This document shows positions 11,259 to 21,542 of a stretch of DNA of 64,000 bases, piece by piece. A program made the position numbers and the translations under genes. The notes under the pieces are model-generated. The model was not told the origin of the DNA. It saw nothing but the letters and a program-made list of their open reading frames with translations, and made no database searches. Each line of letters begins with the position of its first letter. Positions within the stretch are counted from its first letter, which is position 1. Location of the stretch: IMG/VR virus record IMGVR_UViG_3300021375_000006, one strand, 5' to 3'. Source of the DNA: a virus. Taxonomy: Duplodnaviria; Caudoviricetes.

Positions 11259-11816
11259 TTATGATATTGTACAAGCGTGTGCGCTAATTACATACCATAC
11301 GTTTTCAAAACATCTTAGTGTTATCGTTGAGTTATTGCCATCTAAAGAGATTGAAGCAGCTCCTAAACTAACTGTACCAGATGCTGTTACAGTAGCAGCT
11401 CCGCCGCTCTTGTTGATTAAAGTAACCTCTTGTCCGTCTACACCTGCTGGAATGTCATAGTTGCCATTCATAAAGTAAGTGCTCTTATCGATAGTCGTTG
11501 GAGCAGCTACTGGTGCACTTGCAGAACCACCTACACCTGATTTAACAATTGAACCACCAAAGCTCGTAGATGAAGAGAATGTAGCTGCTGTGCCAATTAA
11601 TGCACCTGCAGTACTTACTCTAAATAATGTAGATCCATTGACCACATTAAGTTCTTGAGATGTAGCATTTGTTAAACCGGCTAATACTGCAGTTGTTGGG
11701 TCTAATAGACCTGTAACTGTAGCTAGTTCGTCGTTTAGAAGTTCGAAGTTACTGTTGATAACTGGTCTTGAAGATGAAACCGAGTCTGTACCTAAAATTT
11801 CAGTAATGTTTGCCAT
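11259..11816 (-). CDS. Short fibre-like structural protein (185 aa)
   Basis: INSNFELLNDEL N-terminal helix, Ser/Thr/Gly-rich beta segment, tail-module context. Confidence 0.45.
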   Translation of the reverse strand: MANITEILGTDSVSSSRPVINSNFELLNDELATVTGLLDPTTAVLAGLTNATSQELNVVNGSTLFRVSTAGALIGTAATFSSSTSFGGSIVKSGVGGSASAPVAAPTTIDKSTYFMNGNYDIPAGVDGQEVTLINKSGGAATVTASGTVSLGAASISLDGNNSTITLRCFENVWYVISAHACTIS

Positions 11817-11823
11817 TTTTTGT

Positions 11824-14589
11824 TTATTTTACTTTTAACATGTTGCGTTGTACAACGTTCTTATTTCCATACGTGTCCTCCGCTTCCAGTTGTATCGAGT
11901 AATCACCCGGCTCCTGGAAAATGTACGTGAGCCACATATTATTATAGTATATATCATTCACATTTGGGTTACTTATATTAGTAATCGTCCATTTTGGGTT
12001 TCTTGCGCCCGGGAACTTAGAAATGTCGGTTGATATAGTGACATGGGTAGATCTTTCAACTTCTGCCCAGTTTTTAAATACTTTTAAATTATCCCATGAT
12101 GGGTTATATGTTACAGCGTGAACTTCACCACTTACCTCTGAATTTACGTTACCTCTAATGCTTACGCTTTCAAAATCGTATGTTTTAGAATATTCTTGTC
12201 CAGAACATAAAATAAATTGAAATTGATCTTGTGTATCAATATCATTATCGCTGTCCATATCCTTAAAAATAGCATTGTAATTAAATTTAGAAATAATAGG
12301 GTTTTGACTAGCCTCTAATTCATTTGCTATTGACTTCCATGATTCTACATCATTTACACTAGTTGGTGTTGATGACATAACCACATGCGTACCAGTTACA
12401 ACCTCATTAGTTATAGGGTTTTTATGTGTAATAGATAGTTGATCTCCCTGTTGAATCCAATCTATTTTAAAAGAAGAACTTAAATCCGGTCCTACTCTCA
12501 TATTATTCCACCAGTTATGTACTGTATCTTTCCATCTAAAAGAACACTCGTCCCATTGGTATGGTCCAGTAGTCTCCGAGTAACCAGTATCTGAGTAGAT
12601 GTCAATAAATCTTCTCACTGTTGAGAATCTTACACCCTGATCTGTAGCGTCTTTTGGATAATTAGCTCTATCTAATGTCAGATAGAAAGTAGCAATTGAA
12701 TCCTCTACTTTATTTGTATTATCTTGTGGGAAATCCCAATAACCACCAGAATGATTCCAATCTAATACTTTATTATTCCAAGGTGCTATATTATCTTTCT
12801 TATCAGTTTCTAACCAAGAGTAAATACCATATAATTCAATCTCTTTTAATTTAACATCAAAAAGATCTTTTTTCTTATAGTAAGACATGTGACCAAATAG
12901 ATCGTAATATCTTAATTCAACTGTATATGAACCTACATAGGGTAGATTAAGTGGCAATCTCTTGTAGTCATCGACAGGTCCTCTATATTCTTTGTGCCAT
13001 CCTTCTGGTCCATCAATAATCCATTCAACTTCATAGACCCATCTCTTCCACCAGTTTTCCCAGGTTACTTTAAGGTTTGCGTTAGCGTCGACGGCATCAT
13101 CCCATACAAATTGAGCCTCGTCCCATACATCATCCCAAGATTCCATCGAGTCTAAAATAACTGGACAACCAATTGGAATTAAGTTTTGACCGAAGTTCTG
13201 GTTCCATGAGTTCATCTCTCTATCATGATATGTCTCATAGAATTTTTCATAGACAGTTTTTAACTCTGTTCTTTGAGCCTCTGTTAAATTAGACTCATCA
13301 CCAATGCCTAAATTTAAGAATGTAGTGTAGTCATTAGTTAAATCGTTTTGATCTAGGTAAGACTTTAATACCATTGAAGTATCTTCAATAAATAAGTCTC
13401 TATCTTTAGGGAATACATCAAACTTTACTCTATGTCCTTCGGTGAAGAATCCAATTGGATTTTGAATCTTCCAGATGTTTAAGTTCTTCTGAGCGAAATA
13501 GTCGCCTTCCCCTGTGATGTCTACGATTTTAGCTTCGAGGGGTAAAAAATCTCGTTGTAATCTATTCTTTAAACCGTATAATTTAATTAGGACTTCTTCT
13601 GGAGTATAATCAAATACTTCATCTACATTAGCAAAATCCCACTGATCGAATGTACCATTAGGCTCATTTAATCTGTAGACTAGAGAGAATCTACTAGTTT
13701 TCTTCTGCGTAGCAGAAGGCATTTTAAACTTAAGTAGTTTTCTAGTCATCTCACCTCTTACAGATGAGTTAGGTACTGGGATTGCATGTAACTTACCGAA
13801 AGTCTTCGAGTCTTTATCTACATTAATCCAATACTCTTTAAGTGTAATCTTATCGTAACCAAAGAAGTCGATAGCATTTAGGATAGCCTTATATGTACCA
13901 ACGAATGGTTTAATATTATTTAGTTCTAATAGTAACTCCTTTCTCTTTTGGTTTAAGAGTTGATAGTCTGGATGCATTTCAGAAATGTCATGCGATTTGA
14001 ATATCATAAAGTCTTCGTCTTCTAAAGACGCACCTAAGTTACCTAATAAAACTTTTAGTCTTTCATCCTCTGCTTCTACTTCTCCGTAGAATTCAATCTC
14101 AGCGATTAGTGTTGTACCGGCTTTAACCTGCAATACTCTCTTGTGAATACCTTCGTTCTGTGAAGAGACCGCGATATTGATTTGTAGTGCAATATTCTCA
14201 TGTACATTTACATTCTTTAGATAATCACCATCCTGTGATGTTATCGTTGAATAGTCTGCTAAGTCTAATGATTGGGATTTAAGCTCCTTTATATAGGCCT
14301 TACCACCATCCATTCTCATACCATACATAATAACATCTTTCGACTGATCTTTTTCTAAAGCCTTCCAGCTAAAGTCAAATTTTGTTATTATACCATTTGG
14401 TGAGATTGGCTTATTGATTAAAGTTTGCCCTTCTTTTAAAACCTCTTCTAATACAAATAGATTAACAGTTTCATACAGATTTGCAGATACTTCAGGTAGA
14501 TAGACCTTACCAGTCCAAACACCTGCTGCGTTCTGTACCAACTGTAATTCAGAAGTAGTACCATTAAAGAATCTTAAATTATTCCACAT
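11824..14589 (-). CDS. Baseplate wedge-associated protein (gp7-like position), Trp-heptad repeats, C-terminal PKD-like domain
   Basis: YKAILNAIDFFGY helix, W-x6 periodic segments, C-terminal YIFQEPGDYSIQLEAED; adjacent to gp6-like gene. Confidence 0.5.
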   Translation of the reverse strand: MWNNLRFFNGTTSELQLVQNAAGVWTGKVYLPEVSANLYETVNLFVLEEVLKEGQTLINKPISPNGIITKFDFSWKALEKDQSKDVIMYGMRMDGGKAYIKELKSQSLDLADYSTITSQDGDYLKNVNVHENIALQINIAVSSQNEGIHKRVLQVKAGTTLIAEIEFYGEVEAEDERLKVLLGNLGASLEDEDFMIFKSHDISEMHPDYQLLNQKRKELLLELNNIKPFVGTYKAILNAIDFFGYDKITLKEYWINVDKDSKTFGKLHAIPVPNSSVRGEMTRKLLKFKMPSATQKKTSRFSLVYRLNEPNGTFDQWDFANVDEVFDYTPEEVLIKLYGLKNRLQRDFLPLEAKIVDITGEGDYFAQKNLNIWKIQNPIGFFTEGHRVKFDVFPKDRDLFIEDTSMVLKSYLDQNDLTNDYTTFLNLGIGDESNLTEAQRTELKTVYEKFYETYHDREMNSWNQNFGQNLIPIGCPVILDSMESWDDVWDEAQFVWDDAVDANANLKVTWENWWKRWVYEVEWIIDGPEGWHKEYRGPVDDYKRLPLNLPYVGSYTVELRYYDLFGHMSYYKKKDLFDVKLKEIELYGIYSWLETDKKDNIAPWNNKVLDWNHSGGYWDFPQDNTNKVEDSIATFYLTLDRANYPKDATDQGVRFSTVRRFIDIYSDTGYSETTGPYQWDECSFRWKDTVHNWWNNMRVGPDLSSSFKIDWIQQGDQLSITHKNPITNEVVTGTHVVMSSTPTSVNDVESWKSIANELEASQNPIISKFNYNAIFKDMDSDNDIDTQDQFQFILCSGQEYSKTYDFESVSIRGNVNSEVSGEVHAVTYNPSWDNLKVFKNWAEVERSTHVTISTDISKFPGARNPKWTITNISNPNVNDIYYNNMWLTYIFQEPGDYSIQLEAEDTYGNKNVVQRNMLKVK

Positions 14590-14591
14590 AG

Positions 14592-14867
14592 TTATCTAGT
14601 TGTCTCGTCGTCTTTTTGTACTGTAAAGTTTTTATAGTTCTTTAAATATCTTACTTGATCTAAAAGAGCTACCATATAATCGTTGATAAAGAGTAAAAAC
14701 TCTCTTATCGTTTGGTTTCTTTGAATATGAGGGGAAACTTGTCTACCAATTAGACCTCTTTGACCAGACTTATAGTCGTACTTGGTATTCTTAAGATCGT
14801 CTCTTCTATGCTTGGCCACTTTATACAGCCTTTTACGCTTGTAAACTAATAGGTCTTTAAATAACAT
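14592..14867 (-). CDS. Small baseplate-module hypothetical protein (91 aa)
   Basis: Tightly coupled between the gp6-like and gp7-like genes. Confidence 0.45.
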   Translation of the reverse strand: MLFKDLLVYKRKRLYKVAKHRRDDLKNTKYDYKSGQRGLIGRQVSPHIQRNQTIREFLLFINDYMVALLDQVRYLKNYKNFTVQKDDETTR

Positions 14868-16696
14868 TATTTCAAGGCTTTTCTATTTCCAGCCTGTACT
14901 CTAGTGTATATTGTTCTAGGTACCGGCGTTTCATCAAAATTCACACTAAGTGCAGCTTCAGCATTAATACGGGCGTCGTCAATAATAGGGTCACCATCTC
15001 GGTCTTGCCATCCGCCTCTAAAGACAGCGACTTCTTCTTTCTCCATGATGATGTCACCCCATTCGTCTAAGCCTGCAACTGTATAAGGAATTTGGGTAGT
15101 AGCATCTACATCCACGGTCTTAACTTCCTCAATGCGCTTAAAGAAAATATATTTTTGTTTGCCGTTACCAATATCTTCTAAAACTACAGGTTCTTGTGGA
15201 ACAACAGATACAGTTTTAGACTCATAGTAACCTAGACGTCTAGCTGTCTCTTCTGTTTCTGAGATAAATCTCACATTTACTGAATCAATACCATCAATTT
15301 CTTCTAGAATATACACAATATCAGATTTAGGCAATTTATCTCTTCTTGTAATATTCAATAAGTAGTCACTTACTCTAGCTCTAACTTCGCTAAAGATTTC
15401 TTGTTTCGTATAGCCCTCAAAATATCTAATATTAATATCTAAGCTATATTTTCTAATTTGAGGTTTAACAAATACCACTTCAGTAGTAACCATTTGTTGG
15501 CCACTATCTTGAATCACTTGTGACATTTTGTCATATTCGTTTTGGTCAAAGAACATTTCATTCTGTGGAATAGAGAAATAGTCTTGACTTGCTAATAGTT
15601 TTCTTTTTATATCTGGTACAGCAAAAATATAGATAACATTATCATCATCTAAATACTGATCCGATGTGGTATTGTAAGCATCCACATACGAGAACATACC
15701 ATATCTTGATAAGAAATACTCGTAATTGTCTGGAGTTGCTAAGACGTAAGATTTGGAAGCGAGAGGTGCCATTAACTTAGTAAACTCTATCGACTCTTTA
15801 TCTGCGCCCATTTTAGGTGAAGAAGTTACATTAACCTCTAGGTATTCATTTAAGTCAAAATCATCACCATTAGAATCTACACCATCTGATAACCATTGAA
15901 AAATAATATCTTGACCATCGTCAATATTACCTAAAGCACCTTTGTGTTTTACATATTCGATTTGAATATCAGATCCAGCTGGTGGAATTGCACCAAAATT
16001 ACCAGTACCAAAGTAAACATCTAATCCGCCTGAAATACCCGTTTTAAGTATATAGCCTTTTTCTTCGTTTAATAAGTCATACATGGACTCATGTTTAGTC
16101 CATTGCTCTCCGTTAATAGCAACTGTAACTTTTGAATGATCTGTTAACTCATTAATTTTTATATTGTAAGATTGCATTGGCTCTCCAGTTCCAGTAAATG
16201 TTTGTTGTTCAAACAGACCCTGAATAATAGCACACTTAACTTTAAGTTTATTAGATTTTTCCAATCTAAACTTTTCTTGTTGGCTTAATATAGTATATTT
16301 TAAACCATTTAATTCACATGATAGTTCTGATCTAGCATCAATATTTAAACCAGTACCTGCAATCTTACCAAGATCTGCACCTACTTTCCATCTAAATTCA
16401 ATCTCACCAGTTGCAGCAAAACCTCTAGTTGCATCATGACCAGTTAATCTTGATAGACCATATATAGACTCTGGTTGCTGAGCAGTATAAATGTTTTGTT
16501 CTACCGTAGCATCTTCTACATAGAACATAATTAGTTCACCAAGCTCTGCCATTACATTTACAATCTGAGCAAATGGTGAAGCCTCTGTAAATAGAGTACT
16601 TGCACGATTATATACTCTTGCAATATAAGTACGAGCGTCTACCTTAATTTGGTTAGCGCTGGTTCTTAGTGTACTTAAAAATTTTAATTCTGCCAT
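14867..16696 (-). CDS. Baseplate wedge subunit (T4 gp6/baseplate J-like)
   Basis: N-terminal ASPFAQIVNVMAELG...TAQQPESIYGLSRLTG and KESIEFTKLMAP...LATPDNY motifs; follows the gp25-like gene. Confidence 0.8.
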   Translation of the reverse strand: MAELKFLSTLRTSANQIKVDARTYIARVYNRASTLFTEASPFAQIVNVMAELGELIMFYVEDATVEQNIYTAQQPESIYGLSRLTGHDATRGFAATGEIEFRWKVGADLGKIAGTGLNIDARSELSCELNGLKYTILSQQEKFRLEKSNKLKVKCAIIQGLFEQQTFTGTGEPMQSYNIKINELTDHSKVTVAINGEQWTKHESMYDLLNEEKGYILKTGISGGLDVYFGTGNFGAIPPAGSDIQIEYVKHKGALGNIDDGQDIIFQWLSDGVDSNGDDFDLNEYLEVNVTSSPKMGADKESIEFTKLMAPLASKSYVLATPDNYEYFLSRYGMFSYVDAYNTTSDQYLDDDNVIYIFAVPDIKRKLLASQDYFSIPQNEMFFDQNEYDKMSQVIQDSGQQMVTTEVVFVKPQIRKYSLDINIRYFEGYTKQEIFSEVRARVSDYLLNITRRDKLPKSDIVYILEEIDGIDSVNVRFISETEETARRLGYYESKTVSVVPQEPVVLEDIGNGKQKYIFFKRIEEVKTVDVDATTQIPYTVAGLDEWGDIIMEKEEVAVFRGGWQDRDGDPIIDDARINAEAALSVNFDETPVPRTIYTRVQAGNRKALK

Positions 16697-16703
16697 TAGT
16701 TAT

Positions 16704-17060
16704 TTATCTTAAATTTACTTGGATTGTGTACTCATTATTTACAGTAATGTCTACATAACAAATATCTCTAACTTCACCTTTGAAAAACTTAACATCTACT
16801 GACGTATCGTATTTTCTAGAAAGGGGTACATAATTAGATAGTTGTTTTTCAATCTCGTTTCTAATTTGGAATTCATTTTGGTTTAAACTATACACCAAAT
16901 CTTCTAAATTACATCCAAAATCAGGTTCACCTAATACATCATTCTTTCTAGTAAAAAGAGTATTCTCGATCTGTACCAATAACTGCTCTATCTCACCGTT
17001 GTTTTGTACAACATTTGTTTGATAGTTAGGGTCACCTATATGTTTAATGTAAAAATCCAT
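16704..17060 (-). CDS. Baseplate wedge subunit gp25/gpW-like
   Basis: 118 aa with LFTRKNDVLGEPDFGCNLEDLVY, the typical GPW_gp25 signature. Confidence 0.85.
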   Translation of the reverse strand: MDFYIKHIGDPNYQTNVVQNNGEIEQLLVQIENTLFTRKNDVLGEPDFGCNLEDLVYSLNQNEFQIRNEIEKQLSNYVPLSRKYDTSVDVKFFKGEVRDICYVDITVNNEYTIQVNLR

Positions 17061-17080
17061 TTATATATGTATTCGGCTCA

Positions 17081-17923
17081 TTATGAGTGGAACATCCAGT
17101 CCACGCCTTCGTCACCCTTAATTTCCTCAATAATCGACTCTAATTCGGTGTCTCCCATGTCTTTTATTGCGTCATAATCAAATTCTACATTACCAGGTAA
17201 TGCAAATTTAAAGATACCAAGTTTGGCACCTAAAGACTGCTTTATTTTAGCAGAACAATATCTAAAAAATATTTCATCTTCATAAATAGCACAATCTGGT
17301 AGAGTTTCATATACGTGTAGAATTACATCCTTCTTTGGTGTATCACCTAAGATCTTTAACTCACCAGTTAATCTTGAGTATTGAAATGAAATAGGATTTT
17401 CCATAATTTGTCTAGACAAATCAGCTAAAGATTGATTTAATACATAGTATTGTAATTCTTCTGCAGCTTCCGCAGCTCCAGCACCTTCATACATTCCTCT
17501 AAATAACATTTTTTCTAAAGCGAAGTCTCCACCACTTTGAAATCTTACATCTAATCCACCTCCAGTAGAATTAAAACCAGAACCAGTATCATGGACACCA
17601 AATACAGAAAATACTGCACCTGAACCATCTACACTTGCATTAGGTAAATTTAAAGACCTGTGGTTTTTAAAATACGTAGAAGCAAATACTTCTGCTGGAA
17701 CATGATAATAGTTCTCTCTAACAGCGTCTTCATAGTTTTTATAGAACCATTTCTTAGCTCTTTTAACTATATTAATAATTTCTCTTTGAGGTAGGTTAAC
17801 AGGAACCATACATGCACCAGTCATGTCATCACCCAATTCTTGAAGGAATGCGTTTAAACAACTATCGCCGAATGATCTTTCGGTGCTTAAGTTAGTTTCG
17901 TTACCTGATCTTATTTCACTCAT
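17081..17923 (-). CDS. Neck/head-completion protein (T4 gp13-like)
   Basis: C-terminal YCSAKIKQSLGAKLGIFKFALPGNVEFDYDAIKDMGDTELESIIEEI resembles the gp13 C-terminus (LPGGV...). Confidence 0.7.
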   Translation of the reverse strand: MSEIRSGNETNLSTERSFGDSCLNAFLQELGDDMTGACMVPVNLPQREIINIVKRAKKWFYKNYEDAVRENYYHVPAEVFASTYFKNHRSLNLPNASVDGSGAVFSVFGVHDTGSGFNSTGGGLDVRFQSGGDFALEKMLFRGMYEGAGAAEAAEELQYYVLNQSLADLSRQIMENPISFQYSRLTGELKILGDTPKKDVILHVYETLPDCAIYEDEIFFRYCSAKIKQSLGAKLGIFKFALPGNVEFDYDAIKDMGDTELESIIEEIKGDEGVDWMFHS

Positions 17924-17924
17924 T

Positions 17925-19235
17925 TTAACTATTTATTTTTGTACTTACCACTATTTCAGTATCGTCAAATCTAGCATGTGGACCAATACCACCCTCTCTG
18001 AAAATACCTCCAACCATTCTACCTTTGAAAATACCATCCTTCCCAAAGACAAAACAATTTGTTAATTGACAACTACCGTGCACATAAGAAGACTCAACTT
18101 TTGAATCCTTTACCTCACAACCTTTATAGAGTTGTGATCTTACTATTTGTGCACCATCAACAACACCACCGTAAATACCACTATTTTCGATGTTACCTGA
18201 TAGCTCGCAATCTATAAACTCAAAGCCATCTAACAAGTATGCAGTTTTAAATTTACCGCCTTTAACCTGTACCATACCATAGTCGGAATCGTAGTTAATA
18301 ATACCTTCTTCCATACCACCGTGCGCGAGTAGCGCTAGAACTTTATGTTTAAATCTGTCCCATTGTACCTCGATTACTTGCTCGTTATCTGTTAAGTCTA
18401 CTAATATATTTATCTTCTTCCAATATTTATTTACTGCTTTGTAATCTTTTAGCATTTCCATTAGAGGTCTATTCTTCTCTAAGATGCGTTTAAGTTCAAT
18501 TTTATTCTCAGGAGTAAATTTAGGATTGAAACAAGATTTAAAAACAGACATGATAAATCCATCCGCAAGATGTAGAATATCATCTGTTCTTTTTTCATAA
18601 CCCTCACCACCTAAATATCTAAACTCTAAATAGTTCTTCTGTGCCTTTTCAAAGTTAATACCATAATATTTAGTATTAGCAAAAGTAAAGTTATCTGAAC
18701 TAATTAGATTTTCGTTATAGTAAAAAGCTTCATGTTTAGGCATAATCCATTTAATAGATTTTGCATAAGTAGAATCTTCTCTGTTTGGGAAATACTTGTA
18801 TACTCTAGCCTCATCAAACTCTAGGATAAATTTCAACACAGACATGCGTTGAACCATATTTTTATCTACTAAATAATCAGGGTTAAATGACATATTAAGG
18901 TGGATTGAAGCTCGGTCATTTGTATAACCATTCTTTTCAATCCATCTTAACATTTTTTGAATTACAATTCTAGCATTTCTATAAGGCATAGGACCCGTTA
19001 CGAGTTCAATTAAGCCTTTACCACCTGACATATCAGGTTCCATCTTAAAGACATCAGCGCTTGGCTGGAAATCAGAATGTGCTTTATCTTCTAACCTAAT
19101 CTTTCTATTTACTAACTCAGATACAGATTTTTGTGTTTCCTCTAATTCTAGATTAGAATAAAACTCAAACTCAATTCCAATCTGGCTAGCGTTTAGAATA
19201 GATTGCCTATCCGAAGATGCGTTTAATTTTTGCAT
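17925..19235 (-). CDS. Putative amidoligase (COOH-NH2 ligase, Amidoligase_2-like) with C-terminal beta-helix
   Basis: IGIEFEF, IELVTGP, ASIHLNMSF, KYYGINF and YLEFRYLGG motifs. Confidence 0.75.
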   Translation of the reverse strand: MQKLNASSDRQSILNASQIGIEFEFYSNLELEETQKSVSELVNRKIRLEDKAHSDFQPSADVFKMEPDMSGGKGLIELVTGPMPYRNARIVIQKMLRWIEKNGYTNDRASIHLNMSFNPDYLVDKNMVQRMSVLKFILEFDEARVYKYFPNREDSTYAKSIKWIMPKHEAFYYNENLISSDNFTFANTKYYGINFEKAQKNYLEFRYLGGEGYEKRTDDILHLADGFIMSVFKSCFNPKFTPENKIELKRILEKNRPLMEMLKDYKAVNKYWKKINILVDLTDNEQVIEVQWDRFKHKVLALLAHGGMEEGIINYDSDYGMVQVKGGKFKTAYLLDGFEFIDCELSGNIENSGIYGGVVDGAQIVRSQLYKGCEVKDSKVESSYVHGSCQLTNCFVFGKDGIFKGRMVGGIFREGGIGPHARFDDTEIVVSTKINS

Positions 19236-19260
19236 GTTAAGAGTATGATATTACTTTTGA

Positions 19261-19269
19261 ATATATATC
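19261..19269 (-). promoter_or_regulatory. Late-type motif GATATATAT
   Basis: Upstream of the amidoligase/neck/baseplate operon. Confidence 0.5.
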
Positions 19270-19286
19270 AAACTCTGTTGGGATAG

Positions 19287-20570
19287 TTATTGGGGTAATT
19301 TTAAAAATACCTTCATAGACGATTCATCAATTCTAGTAATTTGTACATCTAAAGAATCACCTATCATATATTCTTCAAGTTTATTATCTGGAAGCTCACT
19401 TACATGTAATAAACCAGTTACGCCCTCTTCAATATTTACAAATATACCATAATCCTTTTTAGTCTTTACTTTTGCAGCAACAATAGAAGGTATTTGGTAT
19501 CTTGATGAAATATTAATCCATGGGTTAATAGCAGTCCCCTCTTTTTGAGTTAATGTAATTTTGTTATCGCTAATAATATCTTTTACAAAGAATTTAATTG
19601 GCTCGCCAGGTTTAATATCTCTATTCTTAAATCTAATTAGAGTATCTTCATTTAATTCATTATTATGAATCATTCCAGTTAAACATTTATCAAACTCAAC
19701 AAATACTCCATATTTTGCAGTTCCTGTTACGTTACCTTCTTTAGGTTCTTGTATATTCTCTTTTAAGTTATTAATAGCCTGTGGAATTAAAGCTTGTAAA
19801 TATTTTCTATGTGATACTACAATTGTACCTCTATCTGGAGAGAAACTAACTGGTACTACATAAATTTCTTCACCGACAATAGAACTAAAGTCAGATAGTT
19901 TATTAATACCTGCAAGTGAACCTGGCATAAAGCAATCTATACCTTGTACTCTTACAATATAACCACCGTTCTCAATCATATTTTTAACCTTACCGATCCA
20001 GGCAGTATTACCCTCTTCGATACCAGCTCTTAGGTCCATGAAAGTTTTATGTTTCACTCCACCTGTAATAGATCCAGTTAATGTACCCCTTGTTTCTGTA
20101 ATTAAGACTGCAGTCTCTTCACCAGGCAACATCATTCTAACTTCTTCAGATTCTTTTGAAGCCTTTACATATACAGACTCTCTATATCCTATATCAACAG
20201 TAATCCATTCTTGGTCTACTGCATAGATATTACCTGTATGGATTTCTCCAATATTTAAACTTGGTTTAATTTCAGGGCTATTTTCAACTAAAATATCATA
20301 TAACTCTTGCGCATAAGGTTCTCTTGAATAGACCTTATCACCATGTCTAGTCTTAATATGTGGATTTGGTTTTCTGGTTTTAGTAACACACGTAGCTTCG
20401 TATGCGTCCCATAAGAATTCGCCGTTCTCATCATAGAACTGTGCATGGGGATCTTGAGTTTCCTCTTTTACTTCTTTAATTTCTTCTGTGGGTTTTTGAA
20501 TAGTTTCAACTAATTCAACTGTGCTTGCTTCTTGGGTTGCAGAAATTCTGCGTCTTTTTTTATCTGACAT
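19287..20570 (-). CDS. rpsA: 30S ribosomal protein S1-like (four S1 domains)
   Basis: Four OB/S1 repeats (e.g. GYIVRVQGIDCFMPGS, YGVFVEF...GMIH, YGIFVNIEEGVTGLLHVSEL); Bacteroidota-like FLWDAYE N-terminal motif. Confidence 0.85.
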   Translation of the reverse strand: MSDKKRRRISATQEASTVELVETIQKPTEEIKEVKEETQDPHAQFYDENGEFLWDAYEATCVTKTRKPNPHIKTRHGDKVYSREPYAQELYDILVENSPEIKPSLNIGEIHTGNIYAVDQEWITVDIGYRESVYVKASKESEEVRMMLPGEETAVLITETRGTLTGSITGGVKHKTFMDLRAGIEEGNTAWIGKVKNMIENGGYIVRVQGIDCFMPGSLAGINKLSDFSSIVGEEIYVVPVSFSPDRGTIVVSHRKYLQALIPQAINNLKENIQEPKEGNVTGTAKYGVFVEFDKCLTGMIHNNELNEDTLIRFKNRDIKPGEPIKFFVKDIISDNKITLTQKEGTAINPWINISSRYQIPSIVAAKVKTKKDYGIFVNIEEGVTGLLHVSELPDNKLEEYMIGDSLDVQITRIDESSMKVFLKLPQ

Positions 20571-20596
20571 TTATTTTAGATTAACAGTGTAACATA

Positions 20597-20623
20597 TTAT
20601 ATATCTACTTAAGTATTCGTTTT
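20597..20623 (-). promoter_or_regulatory. AAAC-N17-TATAA motif overlapping a GATATATAA motif upstream of rpsA
   Basis: AAAAC-17 nt-TATAA; GATATATAA at 20597-20605. Confidence 0.55.
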
Positions 20624-20973
20624 ATCCAAGCGTAATGTTTTCTACCACTTAGGTAACTTAAGTTATCATCGTTATCATAAGCCTCTCTTTCAAACGAGAT
20701 ATTATAGTAGGCTTTTTTACCATAAAAGAATAGTTTAATAAACCACTCAGTTACATACCAAATATAAAATGGTATAATTAACATCTCTTCTTGTTGTTTA
20801 ATATGAATAGTCTCGTGGTTAATTATCCTAGCCGCCCTTCTTCTCCACGGTGGAGTCGAATTGTAAATCTCTCTTAAGATAACATACGGCCAGAGAGTAA
20901 TACCACCGATTCGCATAAATATGCCAATTCGATCTAGAAACTTATCATTATACTTAATAATAGGTGTTTTCAT
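20605..20973 (-). CDS. Zincin-like HExxH protein (122 aa)
   Basis: INHETIHIKQ...ISFEREAY. Confidence 0.6.
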   Translation of the reverse strand: MKTPIIKYNDKFLDRIGIFMRIGGITLWPYVILREIYNSTPPWRRRAARIINHETIHIKQQEEMLIIPFYIWYVTEWFIKLFFYGKKAYYNISFEREAYDNDDNLSYLSGRKHYAWIKRILK

Positions 20974-20987
20974 ATAATTTATATATT

Positions 20988-21461
20988 CTATTTACAAACC
21001 TCCGCGCTGGGTATAAATAGCGCGTCTGTTACTTTTTCAGCATGTTGCTCCCATGGTCTATCTTCCCATGGTTGTTTCCATGTAGATATTTGACCTCTCC
21101 ACGTAACTAGGCCGAATCCTTCTTTTAATAAACCCCTTTCAAATTGATAAACATGAACTAGTTCATGAAAGAATGTTCTCTCTAATCTTTCTAACGTATA
21201 TCTACTATTTAATTGAATTAGATAAATGTTAGGTAATATTTCTGTAGTTAGTCCAATAATCCTAAAATCTAATGGGGCCATTTCTGTTTTAATCACAGGT
21301 GACATAAGAGGTGGATTTCGTAACAGGGAATCTCTTAAAAACTTTTTTGAACTTTCATTATCAATAACCTCTGCTACAGTTGGTCTTTTTTTAATTAAAA
21401 TATTACTGTGCTTCGGCGTATTATCTTCTGCAATCTGAGCTGCAAAGAGATAAAAGGCCAA
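20988..21461 (-). CDS. Zincin-like HExxH metallopeptidase (start uncertain)
   Basis: FFHELVHVYQ...PWEQHA; TTG start in track; the in-frame hydrophobic N-terminus continues upstream to ~21503. Confidence 0.6.
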   Translation of the reverse strand: MAFYLFAAQIAEDNTPKHSNILIKKRPTVAEVIDNESSKKFLRDSLLRNPPLMSPVIKTEMAPLDFRIIGLTTEILPNIYLIQLNSRYTLERLERTFFHELVHVYQFERGLLKEGFGLVTWRGQISTWKQPWEDRPWEQHAEKVTDALFIPSAEVCK

Positions 21462-21542
21462 CAGAAAGATAAATCTTTTAAGGATAATGTTAGGATTTGA
21501 TTGTTATTATATGTATCTGCAAAAAACTTTGCCATTTTAGAC

